Counted from the first letter of the stretch, positions 17,405 to 26,811 are shown. The stretch is 57,864 nucleotides of DNA from an uncultured bacterium (GCA_902780865.1 CACZHC010000010.1:1-57864), one strand, 5' to 3'. A program made the numbers and translations. Notes: generated from the sequence alone by a model not told the origin.

Positions 17405-18979
17405 ATGAAAAGATTGACGATGATGTTTGCGTGTGCGGCATATGCCATTGGTGCGGGTGCGGCAACGTTTACTGGAGAACTGTTCGGATTTTGGTACGGG
17501 GACAAAGAAGATTGTGGTCTCTACAGATACGAAGAGGCGTGGAAGAGTGAAGTGACATGGAGGAGTGATTACGTGGAATGCGATGGCGTCAAGGAGCCGG
17601 CTCTATTCGGTTGGGACGCTTACGCGTTTCCTGTGACGATTTCGCCCGGAGAGACATTCGATGCGGAAGTCATCCACGGGACCTCCACCGCTAAACACAT
17701 CAATTCGGTCAAGGTGTTGTCTGATGCGCAGATGTACGACAAGTTCATCGATTCGGATGAGTGGGAAAACAGCTCCGATCCATATCCATACACTTGCTAC
17801 AGAGCCATGCGTCGGTTATGGTCTAACGGCGCGAAGTCCACGCGGGCATGGATTGTTGTGGAGCAGAAGAACGTCACGTCGGGAGCGACATACTCGCTTG
17901 ATCTTGCGAAATGGCCGATAGTCGATGAAGACAACGGCGGACTTTCCTCCTCGTGGACGATTGCTTCCTACGCCAAGTCTTGCGGCGCGGCGCTTTCCGG
18001 GATTCGCAAGGTGACGGCATCAGTATGGTACAAGGTCGGCATAAAGGGAGGTGAGGAGTTTCCGCAACGGGTCTGGAACGTGTGTGATCCCTTTTCAAAA
18101 GATGGCAGGGCTCTCGAAAAGATCGAAGACAGCAACGGGAGCGAAGAGTTGGTAAGCGCGCCAGGCCTTTTCTTCATCACGCCCGACATGATAGGAGGTG
18201 GTGGCGGATCGGAGGTTTCCATCCCCGAAGAGTGGCAAAAGGCGCGGACACTGAAAGGAGTGGCGACGAGAGCGATGAAAAATCCAGTCGTCGGCATCTT
18301 TGAGTTGAAGTGTGGGAAGGCGAGCAAGAAGGGCGAGGCCAAGGTGTCCGCCGTTTTGACGGGCCTTGACGGGAAGAAACGCCAATATAAGGCGAAGACC
18401 GTGAGTGTGAACGGCGAAACGGTGTCGGTGGAACTTGACGGTCTTTCGTTGTCCATTGAGGGCGATGCCTTTTCAGGAGGAGAAGGACTACCTGGCGGGT
18501 TGAGCGTGGAATCTGCGGATGTTGGCGGCGACTGGACAAAGAATACGGCAAGCGCGAGCGTCTTTGTGGACGATCTCTCGATGTTCGAGGGCATGGTGCT
18601 TGTAGACTTTCTGCCGCAGGACGAACAGGCGGTAGTGAAGAGTGGCAAATGGGTGTTTGCGAAGGCATCGGGCGTCAAGTGGGCCAAGCCGAAGAAGGGC
18701 GAGGTTCTGCCGGAATTCTACGACAAGGAGTCTGGCAAGGGGCTGATTGTGGACGTCGCCAAGGACAAGACGAATCTTTCTGGGCTGAAGCTCTCATATA
18801 CGCCTAAGAAGGGCACATTCAAGGGATCGTTCAAGGTGTACGCCCTGGATGGGAAAGGCAAGACAACCAAGCTCAAAAAATACACAATCAATATGAGTGG
18901 TGTAGTAGTGGACGGTATCGGTTACGGCACGGCTATTGCTAAGAAGCCCTTCGCAAGCTGGCCCGTGATGGTTCGATAG
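17405..18979 (+). CDS. secreted protein with unique N-terminal domain and the same beta-rich C-terminal domain as 13306-17322
   Basis: Signal peptide, GGGGG linker, CTD ending NLSGLKLSYTPKKGTFKGSFKVY...SGVVVDGIGYGTA...SWPVMVR; SD GAGGAG. Confidence 0.8.
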   Translation: MKRLTMMFACAAYAIGAGAATFTGELFGFWYGDKEDCGLYRYEEAWKSEVTWRSDYVECDGVKEPALFGWDAYAFPVTISPGETFDAEVIHGTSTAKHINSVKVLSDAQMYDKFIDSDEWENSSDPYPYTCYRAMRRLWSNGAKSTRAWIVVEQKNVTSGATYSLDLAKWPIVDEDNGGLSSSWTIASYAKSCGAALSGIRKVTASVWYKVGIKGGEEFPQRVWNVCDPFSKDGRALEKIEDSNGSEELVSAPGLFFITPDMIGGGGGSEVSIPEEWQKARTLKGVATRAMKNPVVGIFELKCGKASKKGEAKVSAVLTGLDGKKRQYKAKTVSVNGETVSVELDGLSLSIEGDAFSGGEGLPGGLSVESADVGGDWTKNTASASVFVDDLSMFEGMVLVDFLPQDEQAVVKSGKWVFAKASGVKWAKPKKGEVLPEFYDKESGKGLIVDVAKDKTNLSGLKLSYTPKKGTFKGSFKVYALDGKGKTTKLKKYTINMSGVVVDGIGYGTAIAKKPFASWPVMVR

Positions 18980-19034
18980 GTTAAGTGGGCCGTCGCCGGC
19001 TGCCGAGAAACCTTAAGACGGAAATGGAGGAAGC

Positions 19035-21473
19035 ATGCCGCGGTGGTTGCTCTTTGCTTTCGGGCTTCTTCTCCCGGCTATTGCCGTCGGGAAGGATCTA
19101 AATGCCGCCGACGGTCGGCATGCATGGCTTCAGGGGTCGCCAGACGAGTCCGCACCGCCGCCGCTGAACATAGTCCTTGACTGTTCGCGCGGAGAGATAC
19201 ACGTCTTGCGCAGTTGGGCGAAGGACCATTTTTTCAGCACGAACGTGACGGCTCGGATGCAGTTCAGGGTATGTCCGCTTGAGCTGAGCGTTGCCGCGCT
19301 TGACAATGCAAACGTCCTTGTCGCTCCGCTGTGCGGGGGCAGCGCGTTTCCGGAATTCGACAAGACCGAGACCCACATCATGTCCGGGTTTGTGGAACGG
19401 GGCGGATTGCTTGTTGTGCCGGTTGACGGCGGCTCGGTTGCCTATGGTAAGTTCCTTGGTGACTACGGCGTTAAGTTCGAAGAGGTGTACCGAGAAAAGA
19501 TGGGCGCAGTGAAGTGTGCGCCGATTCCCCTGCGTGGATTCGACATTGAGTTGTCCGAAAAGTGGCCGAAGGAATCCTTTATGCGGCTTTCGGACAATTC
19601 TGGGTGGATTCCGATCTTTACGGCCGGAAACGAGAACGGAGAAGACGTTGCGCTCGTGGCCGTCAAGAGAGTGGGCAAGGGCTGCATCCTTGCTTGCCAT
19701 CGTGTGGTTGCCTGCGATCAAATGAACAGCAGGCTGTTCGCTAAGTTGGTCGATGCACTGGCGCGGCATATTCGCAGGATCGATTCTGATATTCCGTTTG
19801 AGAACATGACCATAACCTCTGGCATGTGTCGTCGTGCCCATGGCATTCCGATTTATTCCTGCGAGAAATTCGCCAGGGGGGCTGATCTATTCCAGGACGA
19901 GCTGAATAGGTTTATGCCTGAGCTGGAGAAGGAGCTTGGTCCGCTCTATCGTTTTCCTTCCGATGCTGCGTACCGAGCGATAGGGCGGACTGGAATTAAT
20001 GGATGTAGGATTAGAACGGATAAAGAGAACGGCTACTTTATATTCCCAGTTGGAGTTTGCTGTGATTCCCCACTTAGAGGAATGATAGAGACATGTGGCA
20101 ACCACTGGGCCATTTACTTTGACCGTTTTTTTATTTCTCAGTGCAGGTTTTTGGGGCATCCGTGGAGACAATCATTACGCGTATTTTTACTTCTGCGTGC
20201 CATGTCGCGTTCAGGGCATAAGGAGTTTGCGGAACGCAACCACAATGCTTTTTTGAGACGAGACGGAGCGTTTCGCGCGTTTTCCAAGTTGGTCGACGAG
20301 GAGCCGGAGGCCATGCAGGAGTTCTTCAATGTGTATCTTCGCCATGAGGAGAGCCACGACTTTGTGGCTCCCGTTGACGCACACCAGCTTGCGTACATGT
20401 TCGCGGAGGCGATGTATCCTCTTGGCAAGGATGCGAACAAGTACATGGGCGACCCAAACATCGCAATGAAGAAGGTGTTCGCACTGTTCAATGAATGCGG
20501 GGTCAAGGCGCGCCTCGACAGGGTGAAGTTCGAGAAGTCGCCCGTGAGGGTGGCGGGCATCCTGCCCTGGGTCTGGGACAACGGCAAGGAAATGCCAACG
20601 AAGACGTTCCGGCTGGGGAGCGCGGGCGAGACTCTGGAGTTCGCCGGATGCAAGACGGGGCGCTTCGAGATGGGCTGCCGCGATCCCGGCGACAGGAACA
20701 ACGACCCCCTTGGCCTGCATGTCGTGGCGATGACCAGGCCGTTTATGATAACGAAGACCCAGATCACGAAAGGGCAGTTCCATGCCGTGATGGGCGGCAG
20801 ACGGTGGAGGTCTTACACCAGGCTTGAGAAACTCTTCGGCGCGGAGAAAGCTGCGGCCGATGGCATCACGCTCGCCGACGCCGAGGCGTTCTGCGGGAAG
20901 CTTGCGAAGCGATACGGGAACAGGCTTCCGCCCGGCTACGAGTTCCGCCTGCCGACCGAGGCGGAATGGGAGTATGCGCTCTGGGGCGCTGAGTGCAGCA
21001 CCTCGCGGAGGAACTGGTTGCTCGGACTCCCTGCTGAGAAGGCCCGGCCACATTTCCTTCTGCCGGAGGAAAGTACACGGCTTCTGGAGCAGGCCGGATA
21101 CACGCTTGCAAAAGACGAGCAGATGCCGATGGGCCCCGTGGGGACCAAGCAGCCGAACGCCCTTGGCGTCTATGACATGCTCGGCAACGGCTGGGAGCTG
21201 CTGGCCGACCGTTTCGCCGCGCCTAAGGACGGCGCGCCCGTTTCCGATCCGCTCGTGATGGGAGAGATGCTGGGGTACAGGGAGACGGAGACAAACGCCG
21301 TCAGGGGTGTCGGGCTGGAGGCTGGCTACGGCCTTTTGCGCGGCGGGGAGTTTCTGCCCGGGCACGGGCTCTGCAAGCGCATGTTCCCGCTCGACGCGAA
21401 GGAGATGCCGCGCGACACGACGTTCCGCATTGTCATCGGCCCGAAGCTCGGCATTGGCAAGGAGGGGAAATGA
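19035..21473 (+). CDS. secreted protein with C-terminal FGE-sulfatase (SUMF1) domain and N-terminal GATase1/DUF4350-like region
   Basis: Signal peptide; FVERGGLLVV...RVGKG (GATase-like, inference); FEMG, FRLPTEAEWEYA, PNALGVYDMLGNGWE, RGG, TFRIV. Confidence 0.75.
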   Translation: MPRWLLFAFGLLLPAIAVGKDLNAADGRHAWLQGSPDESAPPPLNIVLDCSRGEIHVLRSWAKDHFFSTNVTARMQFRVCPLELSVAALDNANVLVAPLCGGSAFPEFDKTETHIMSGFVERGGLLVVPVDGGSVAYGKFLGDYGVKFEEVYREKMGAVKCAPIPLRGFDIELSEKWPKESFMRLSDNSGWIPIFTAGNENGEDVALVAVKRVGKGCILACHRVVACDQMNSRLFAKLVDALARHIRRIDSDIPFENMTITSGMCRRAHGIPIYSCEKFARGADLFQDELNRFMPELEKELGPLYRFPSDAAYRAIGRTGINGCRIRTDKENGYFIFPVGVCCDSPLRGMIETCGNHWAIYFDRFFISQCRFLGHPWRQSLRVFLLLRAMSRSGHKEFAERNHNAFLRRDGAFRAFSKLVDEEPEAMQEFFNVYLRHEESHDFVAPVDAHQLAYMFAEAMYPLGKDANKYMGDPNIAMKKVFALFNECGVKARLDRVKFEKSPVRVAGILPWVWDNGKEMPTKTFRLGSAGETLEFAGCKTGRFEMGCRDPGDRNNDPLGLHVVAMTRPFMITKTQITKGQFHAVMGGRRWRSYTRLEKLFGAEKAAADGITLADAEAFCGKLAKRYGNRLPPGYEFRLPTEAEWEYALWGAECSTSRRNWLLGLPAEKARPHFLLPEESTRLLEQAGYTLAKDEQMPMGPVGTKQPNALGVYDMLGNGWELLADRFAAPKDGAPVSDPLVMGEMLGYRETETNAVRGVGLEAGYGLLRGGEFLPGHGLCKRMFPLDAKEMPRDTTFRIVIGPKLGIGKEGK

Positions 21474-22564
21474 AGAAGGTTCTGATTGGCGCGGCTTTGT
21501 TGGCTCTTTGCCTTGCCGCAGAAGCTGTTAACAATGACGAAGAGTCGGTCAAGGTGCTTCGCGTCATCGACGGGGATTCGCTTGTCGTCAAACGTCCAGA
21601 TGGGGCGGAGTGTCTTTTACGGTTGGATCTCGTTGACGCGCCAGAGGAAGGACAGAAATACTGGCGTGCAGCCAAGGGCAGGCTCACGGCCCTTGTCGGT
21701 GGACAAGATGTGTTGCTTGAGCATCAACGAACGGACGAGGCGGGGACCCTCAGGGGAATTGTGTGGATTGGCGGCGTTGATGTGAATCTGCTTCTCTTGC
21801 AAGAAGGCTGGGCATGGCCGGACAAGAAAGGTGAAGCTTCGGTCTTTTATTCGTCCGCAGCCCGGCAGGCAGAGGAAGAGAAGAGGGGTCTTTGGCGCGG
21901 CAAGGCGGAAAAACCCTGGGAATGGAGGGTCGCGCACAACAGGCAGACGGTGGCGCCTGTCGATGCCGAACGGATTGACAGGCTCGCGACCTACAAGAGC
22001 TATGCCGACGCACAAGAGGCGATATCTGTGGCGTTTTCGGCGGATGAAGACAATGCGCATTGGAGCAGATATGCTGCACCGCGCAAAGGCAAGAAGAAAG
22101 GTCTCTTCGCAAAGCCTATCGGCGATTTTTCAATAGAGAATGTCTTTACTTACGATACTGCCGGCGATTATGGAGGAGGGGTTCGCAAGATCGGGCTGGC
22201 TGTTTCGGTAAGAGTGCGCCTTAGCTACCTTGAAGGCGAGAATCCTCCGACTGAACAACAGTGCATGGGGAGGGTGTCCGATCTTGCCACAAGTGGAGGA
22301 GAAATACTCGACGAGTCGTGCCGGCTGAACAGGATTCTCCCCTTGCGGGAGTCTGCCAAGAGGCGTTTTGGCGCATCGTCGGTTAAGAATTGCATATACG
22401 ATGCCAATGGAGGGAAGGTAGTTGTTTTCCTGGAGAACTGCATGGCAGCAAGGGTGAACAACGCATATTGTCCATCTACACTCAGCTCTTCGACGCCAAA
22501 GCCGTCAAAGAATGAATCGTATCTGAGGCAGGAGCGTATCAACGCATCATGGTTCGACCTATGA
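21470..22564 (+). CDS. thermonuclease (SNase) family protein with unknown C-terminal domain, secreted
   Basis: VLRVIDGDSL, LRLDLVDAPEEGQ, DVNLLLLQEGWAW, AEEEKRGLW, KPWEWR; ATGA overlap. Confidence 0.8.
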   Translation: MKKVLIGAALLALCLAAEAVNNDEESVKVLRVIDGDSLVVKRPDGAECLLRLDLVDAPEEGQKYWRAAKGRLTALVGGQDVLLEHQRTDEAGTLRGIVWIGGVDVNLLLLQEGWAWPDKKGEASVFYSSAARQAEEEKRGLWRGKAEKPWEWRVAHNRQTVAPVDAERIDRLATYKSYADAQEAISVAFSADEDNAHWSRYAAPRKGKKKGLFAKPIGDFSIENVFTYDTAGDYGGGVRKIGLAVSVRVRLSYLEGENPPTEQQCMGRVSDLATSGGEILDESCRLNRILPLRESAKRRFGASSVKNCIYDANGGKVVVFLENCMAARVNNAYCPSTLSSSTPKPSKNESYLRQERINASWFDL

Positions 22565-22718
22565 CGGTTCCTTCACGGATTCTTTCAAAGTCTATGCCGT
22601 CAACGACGGCAAGCCGAAGGTGGCGACTGTGAATGTGGTCGGCGTAGTGGTTGGCGGTGTCGGCTACGGCATGGTGACGATCAAGGGCAAAGGCTTTGTC
22701 GCCGTGACGATTGAATAG
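22563..22718 (+). pseudogene. orphan 3' stub of the shared beta-rich C-terminal domain
   Basis: Translates as DGSFTDSFKVYAVNDGKPKVATVNVVGVVVGGVGYGMVTIKGKGFVAVTIE*, aligning with the last ~55 aa of 13306-17322 and 17405-18979; no start codon. Confidence 0.85.
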
Positions 22719-22871
22719 AGTGCTTCGGATGGCTGTTAGGTCTTCGGCCGGGGCTCTGGGTTAATTTTTCCCACCCCGCCCAGAACGTGCACCAGTGGAA
22801 GGGTTTCTGAAAGCGCCAGAGGAAAACAAGGTGTGTGAAATGCAATACTTGCCCATTTTTGGGCCAGTATT

Positions 22872-22880
22872 TGGTATAAT
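22872..22880 (+). promoter_or_regulatory. extended -10 promoter for rseP-ispG operon
   Basis: TGGTATAAT 22872-80, about 85 nt before ATG 22967; AAGGA SD-like site. Confidence 0.55.
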
Positions 22881-22966
22881 ATATAATCTGACGTAAGTGG
22901 TGTCGCAAACGGTAGTAAAGTCCGTGTTTCGCCGCAAGCAGAAAAGGAAATAGAAAAAGAAAGAAT

Positions 22967-24142
22967 ATGGAGATTTTAATTACAATCGGCTATATTGCGA
23001 TCTGCATCGTGTTCTTCTCGCTCGCGATCGCGATTCACGAGTTCGGGCACTTCATCGTCGCGCTTAAGCTGGGGCTCAAAGTCGATCGCTTCTCGATTGG
23101 CTTTGGCCCCGCGATCTGGAAGAAGACGTGGCGCGGCGTAGAGTACAGGATCAGCTGGATCCCGCTCGGCGGCTACGTGATGATCCCCGATGTGGACCCG
23201 GAGGGGACGAAGAAGCTTGAGGGGGGATCCGGGAATGGAGAGCCGGAAACGGGGAAGAGGGAGATTTCGCCATGGAAGGAGATCGCCGTCGCGATTGCAG
23301 GCCCTGGGATGAACATTTTCCTTGCCGTCGTGCTGGCGTTTCTCCTTTCCGCGCTGTCGGCTGACAAGTTCGGCGAACTTACCTGCGAAGTCACGGCCAC
23401 GATAGAGGGAATGCCAGCTGAAAAAGCCGGCGTCAAGAAGGGCGATACCGTTGTCTCGGTCGCCGGGAAGAAGGTGAACACCTGGTCTCAGATGCATGTG
23501 GAGGTGCAGATTGCCGGAGGGAAGGAAACGGAGTTCGTCATTCGCGACAGGAGCGGCGCGGAGCGCACCGTGGTGATGACGCCAGATCAGGACAAGGTCA
23601 CCGGTGTGTTCGCGATTGGCGCCGTAAGCCTTCCGATGGAGAACGGCCTGAGGCACTGGCTCCCGGCGAGGAGCCCGATTAAGCAGCTTCTCTGGGACGC
23701 AGGGTCGATATTCCGCGTGCTGAAGGGGCTTGTGACTCCGAAGGAGACTAAAAACACCGCTAAGGCGTTGGGCGGCCCGCTGATGATAGTGGAGGGGATT
23801 TACAAGTCCGTAAGGCACGATTTCTGGGACGGAATCGGCTTTCTCAGATTCCTTAACGTCAATCTCGCCGTCCTTAACTTGCTGCCTATACCGGTGCTCG
23901 ACGGAGGTCTCATCATGTTCGCGCTTATCGCGCTTGTCTTCCGTCGGCGTGTGCCGGAGAGGATCGTATCTACTGTTTCAACGGTGTTTATGTTCCTTCT
24001 TCTCGGCGCGATGGCGATACTGATTTTCCGCGATGCGCAAAGGAGCTGGCGCATCCACACCTACAAGCCGGAGGTCGAGGAGTCGGCAGTAACTAATACG
24101 GTTACTACAGTCACGAATGAGACGGACAACGCGAGCAATTAA
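22967..24142 (+). CDS. rseP: RIP metalloprotease RseP (M50, PDZ)
   Basis: HEFGH, FSIGFGP, IPLGGYV, AGPGMN, PDZ PAEKAGVKKGD, NLLPIPVLDGG. Confidence 0.93.
   Translation: MEILITIGYIAICIVFFSLAIAIHEFGHFIVALKLGLKVDRFSIGFGPAIWKKTWRGVEYRISWIPLGGYVMIPDVDPEGTKKLEGGSGNGEPETGKREISPWKEIAVAIAGPGMNIFLAVVLAFLLSALSADKFGELTCEVTATIEGMPAEKAGVKKGDTVVSVAGKKVNTWSQMHVEVQIAGGKETEFVIRDRSGAERTVVMTPDQDKVTGVFAIGAVSLPMENGLRHWLPARSPIKQLLWDAGSIFRVLKGLVTPKETKNTAKALGGPLMIVEGIYKSVRHDFWDGIGFLRFLNVNLAVLNLLPIPVLDGGLIMFALIALVFRRRVPERIVSTVSTVFMFLLLGAMAILIFRDAQRSWRIHTYKPEVEESAVTNTVTTVTNETDNASN
23224..23265 (+). repeat. degenerate in-frame heptamer array (GGGAANN x6) in an RseP loop
   Basis: GGGATCC GGGAATG GAGAGCC GGAAACG GGGAAGA GGGAGAT, 42 nt, encoding GSGNGEPETGKRE. 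Confidence 0.55.
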
Positions 24143-25187
24143 GGTCGGAACGCTTGCCATCGGCGGTGGAGCGCCGGTGAGCGTCCAGACCATGGCGAAC
24201 GCAGACCCCCACGATGCGGCGGCGCTCGTCGAGCAGGTTCGCTCGTGCGCGGCGCTTGGCTGCGACGTCTTTCGCCTGACTGTTCCCGACGTAGAGGCGG
24301 CGAAAGTTCTCGGCGAAGTAAAAAAGTCATCTCCGATTCCGCTTGTTGCCGACATCCACTTCGACTACCGCTGCGCGCTCGCCGCCATAGAGGCGGGAAC
24401 AGACGCGCTTCGCCTGAATCCCGGCAACATCGGCTCGCGCGACAGGGTCCAGGCCGTCGCCCGCGCGGCGAAGGAAAAGAAGGTCCCGATTCGCATTGGC
24501 GTGAACCTCGGCTCTCTTGAGAAGGGCTTGCGCGAAGAACTTGACGCTGGGAAGATCGACGTTCCCGAGGCGCTTGTGCGCTCGGCGCTCGGACACTTGA
24601 AGTTGCTTGAAGACGAGGGTTTCCATGATGTCGTCATTTCCGCAAAGACGTCGAACGTCATTGAGACGCTTGCGACCTATCGCCTTCTTGCGGAAAGGAC
24701 CGACTGCCCGCTACATGTCGGCGTCACCGAGGCGGGGACGCTCATTCCGGGAGCGGTCAGGAACTCGGTCGCGCTCGGCATCCTTCTTTCCGAAGGAATC
24801 GGCGACACGATAAGGGTGTCACTTACCGCGAAACCCGAGAAGGAAGTCAGGGTCGGCATGGAGATTCTTCGCGCGCTTGGCCTACGGGAGCCGGGCCCCG
24901 CAATTACGTCATGCCCGACTTGCGGCCGCACAAAAGTCGACTTGATGCATGTCGCCTCTCAGGTCGAGATCGCGCTCGAGACGCTTGCGAAGGACGGCGT
25001 TAAGTTGCCGCGTGTCGCCGTCATGGGCTGTGCCGTTAACGGCCCCGGCGAGGCGAAGGGCGCCGACGTCGCGCTATGCGGCGGAGACGGCGAGTTTCTT
25101 TTGTATGTAAAGGGCAAGCAGGTTTGCAAGGTGTCCGAGGAGGATGCCGCAGGAAAGGTGATTGAATATGCGCTATCTCTACGATAA
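24117..25187 (+). CDS. ispG: (E)-4-hydroxy-3-methylbut-2-enyl-diphosphate synthase
   Basis: PLVADIHFD, RLNPGNIG, IRIGVN, PLHVGVTEAG, GIGDTIRVSL, CPTCGRT, GCAVNGPGE. Confidence 0.95.
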   Translation: MRRTTRAIKVGTLAIGGGAPVSVQTMANADPHDAAALVEQVRSCAALGCDVFRLTVPDVEAAKVLGEVKKSSPIPLVADIHFDYRCALAAIEAGTDALRLNPGNIGSRDRVQAVARAAKEKKVPIRIGVNLGSLEKGLREELDAGKIDVPEALVRSALGHLKLLEDEGFHDVVISAKTSNVIETLATYRLLAERTDCPLHVGVTEAGTLIPGAVRNSVALGILLSEGIGDTIRVSLTAKPEKEVRVGMEILRALGLREPGPAITSCPTCGRTKVDLMHVASQVEIALETLAKDGVKLPRVAVMGCAVNGPGEAKGADVALCGGDGEFLLYVKGKQVCKVSEEDAAGKVIEYALSLR

Positions 25188-26811
25188 CGTAGTCGTCCTC
25201 GCCGTGTTCTTCGTCCTGGCCGCGTTCGCGTGGCTCTTCGGCGGCACGCGCTCGGAGTATCTCGTCCCGGTGATGCCGTGGCTTACGGCCATTCTCGTCG
25301 AGGCCATGGTGTGCTTCCCGCAGCAGCACGACGGCGAGACGTCCTATGAGGCGCGGGCGAGGGTGTGGTCGGCGCTGAAGAAGGACCCGCTGGTGTGGAC
25401 CTCGCTCGCCCTGATCGTCATTCTTCTCATCCCGTTCATGAATGTCGGGCTTTGCCAGGTGTGCGACTATCCCGCGATAGCGGCGGGCGCGGATCCGAGC
25501 CCCACGATACCTTTCTTCCCGTTTTGCGTCGACAGGGTGCAGCACCTCAACGTCGTCCTGTGGTTCGTGCCGTCGCTTGTCGCCCTTGTCGCCACGAAGC
25601 ACGCGATGCTGAAGCGCGGCAAGCGCATGCTCCTTGCGCTCATAGTCTGGAATGGTCTTGCACTCGGCGTGATAGGCGCGCTTCAGCAGGTGACGCATGC
25701 GAGCGGGCCCCTGTGGCTGGATGAAGGCATCAAGGGGGCGTATTTCTTCTCGACGTTCGGATATCCAAACATGGCCGGCGACTACTTTACGACGCTTTTC
25801 GGCCTTTCGATTGGCCTCTGGCGCTGGCAGCTCGACGACATGCGCCGCAAGGAGGCGGAGATGAACGTCTCGATTTCACACTCGTCTTCCCATTCGTCTG
25901 CGAAATCTGCGGACGGGAATGCCTCCGTGGAAAAGCCAGATGCGCCGAACGGCTCCGGCAAGGAGGACTCGCCAAGGCACCACCATCACCACCACAGTTC
26001 GCAGGGCGCCCAGAAGACGGTGCCGTTCTGGGAGAAGCACTACTACCTGATCCCTGCGCTTGTCTTCTTCTTCTGCGCGCTCGACACTCTTTCCCGCGCG
26101 GCTGTGATGCTCGTCACCGGGCTCGCGGTCATATTCTTCCTGCACACGTTCATGTGCCTCTTCTCCAAGATGAAGAAAGCCCAGCGCGTCAAGGCCATGG
26201 TCTTCAGCGCCGTTGCGCTTACGCTCATCTCGCTTTGCGCCGTCACGTTCATGCCGGACGATCTCCATCGCGAAGTTAACACGATCGACACGACCGAAGT
26301 CCTCGATCGCGTGACCGGCAAGGGCCAGTACCACGTGCGCGTCGCAACGGAGATATGGAAGAAGCACCCGCTCTTCGGCGTCGGCGGATGGGGCTACAAG
26401 CACTTCTGCCTCCAGTACATGACCGACAAGGAGCTGCGCCAGATACAGATTGTCGGCGGCATGAACGTCCACAACGACTACCTGCAGTTCCTCGCCGAGC
26501 ATGGCATCGTCGGGCTCGGGCTGCTCGTGGCTATCGTCCTGATGACGGTGTTGCCGCTGGGCAGGACATGGAGGGCCCTTATCGAGCTCTACCGCTTCAC
26601 GCCGCCGAAGGAGCAGCCGCCGCAGCCTATACAGATATTCGTCATCCCCGCTCCCGTCTTCTGCATTTTGCTGACGGCGGTTGCCACGTTGATACATGCC
26701 TTCGGCGACTGCCCCCTCAGGTCTCCGGCCGTGTTGTCGCTGTTCCTCGTGTCGCTTGCGACAATCGACGGGTACTTGCCGCGCCTGAAGAAAAGCAGCC
26801 GCCATTCATAA
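25168..26811 (+). CDS. O-antigen ligase / Wzy_C family membrane protein with Ser/His-rich cytoplasmic insertion
   Basis: Many TM helices; TFGYPNMAG, TLSRAA, HPLFGVGGWGY, VHNDYLQFLAEHGIVG, IHAFGDCPL. Confidence 0.8.
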   Translation: MRYLYDNVVVLAVFFVLAAFAWLFGGTRSEYLVPVMPWLTAILVEAMVCFPQQHDGETSYEARARVWSALKKDPLVWTSLALIVILLIPFMNVGLCQVCDYPAIAAGADPSPTIPFFPFCVDRVQHLNVVLWFVPSLVALVATKHAMLKRGKRMLLALIVWNGLALGVIGALQQVTHASGPLWLDEGIKGAYFFSTFGYPNMAGDYFTTLFGLSIGLWRWQLDDMRRKEAEMNVSISHSSSHSSAKSADGNASVEKPDAPNGSGKEDSPRHHHHHHSSQGAQKTVPFWEKHYYLIPALVFFFCALDTLSRAAVMLVTGLAVIFFLHTFMCLFSKMKKAQRVKAMVFSAVALTLISLCAVTFMPDDLHREVNTIDTTEVLDRVTGKGQYHVRVATEIWKKHPLFGVGGWGYKHFCLQYMTDKELRQIQIVGGMNVHNDYLQFLAEHGIVGLGLLVAIVLMTVLPLGRTWRALIELYRFTPPKEQPPQPIQIFVIPAPVFCILLTAVATLIHAFGDCPLRSPAVLSLFLVSLATIDGYLPRLKKSSRHS

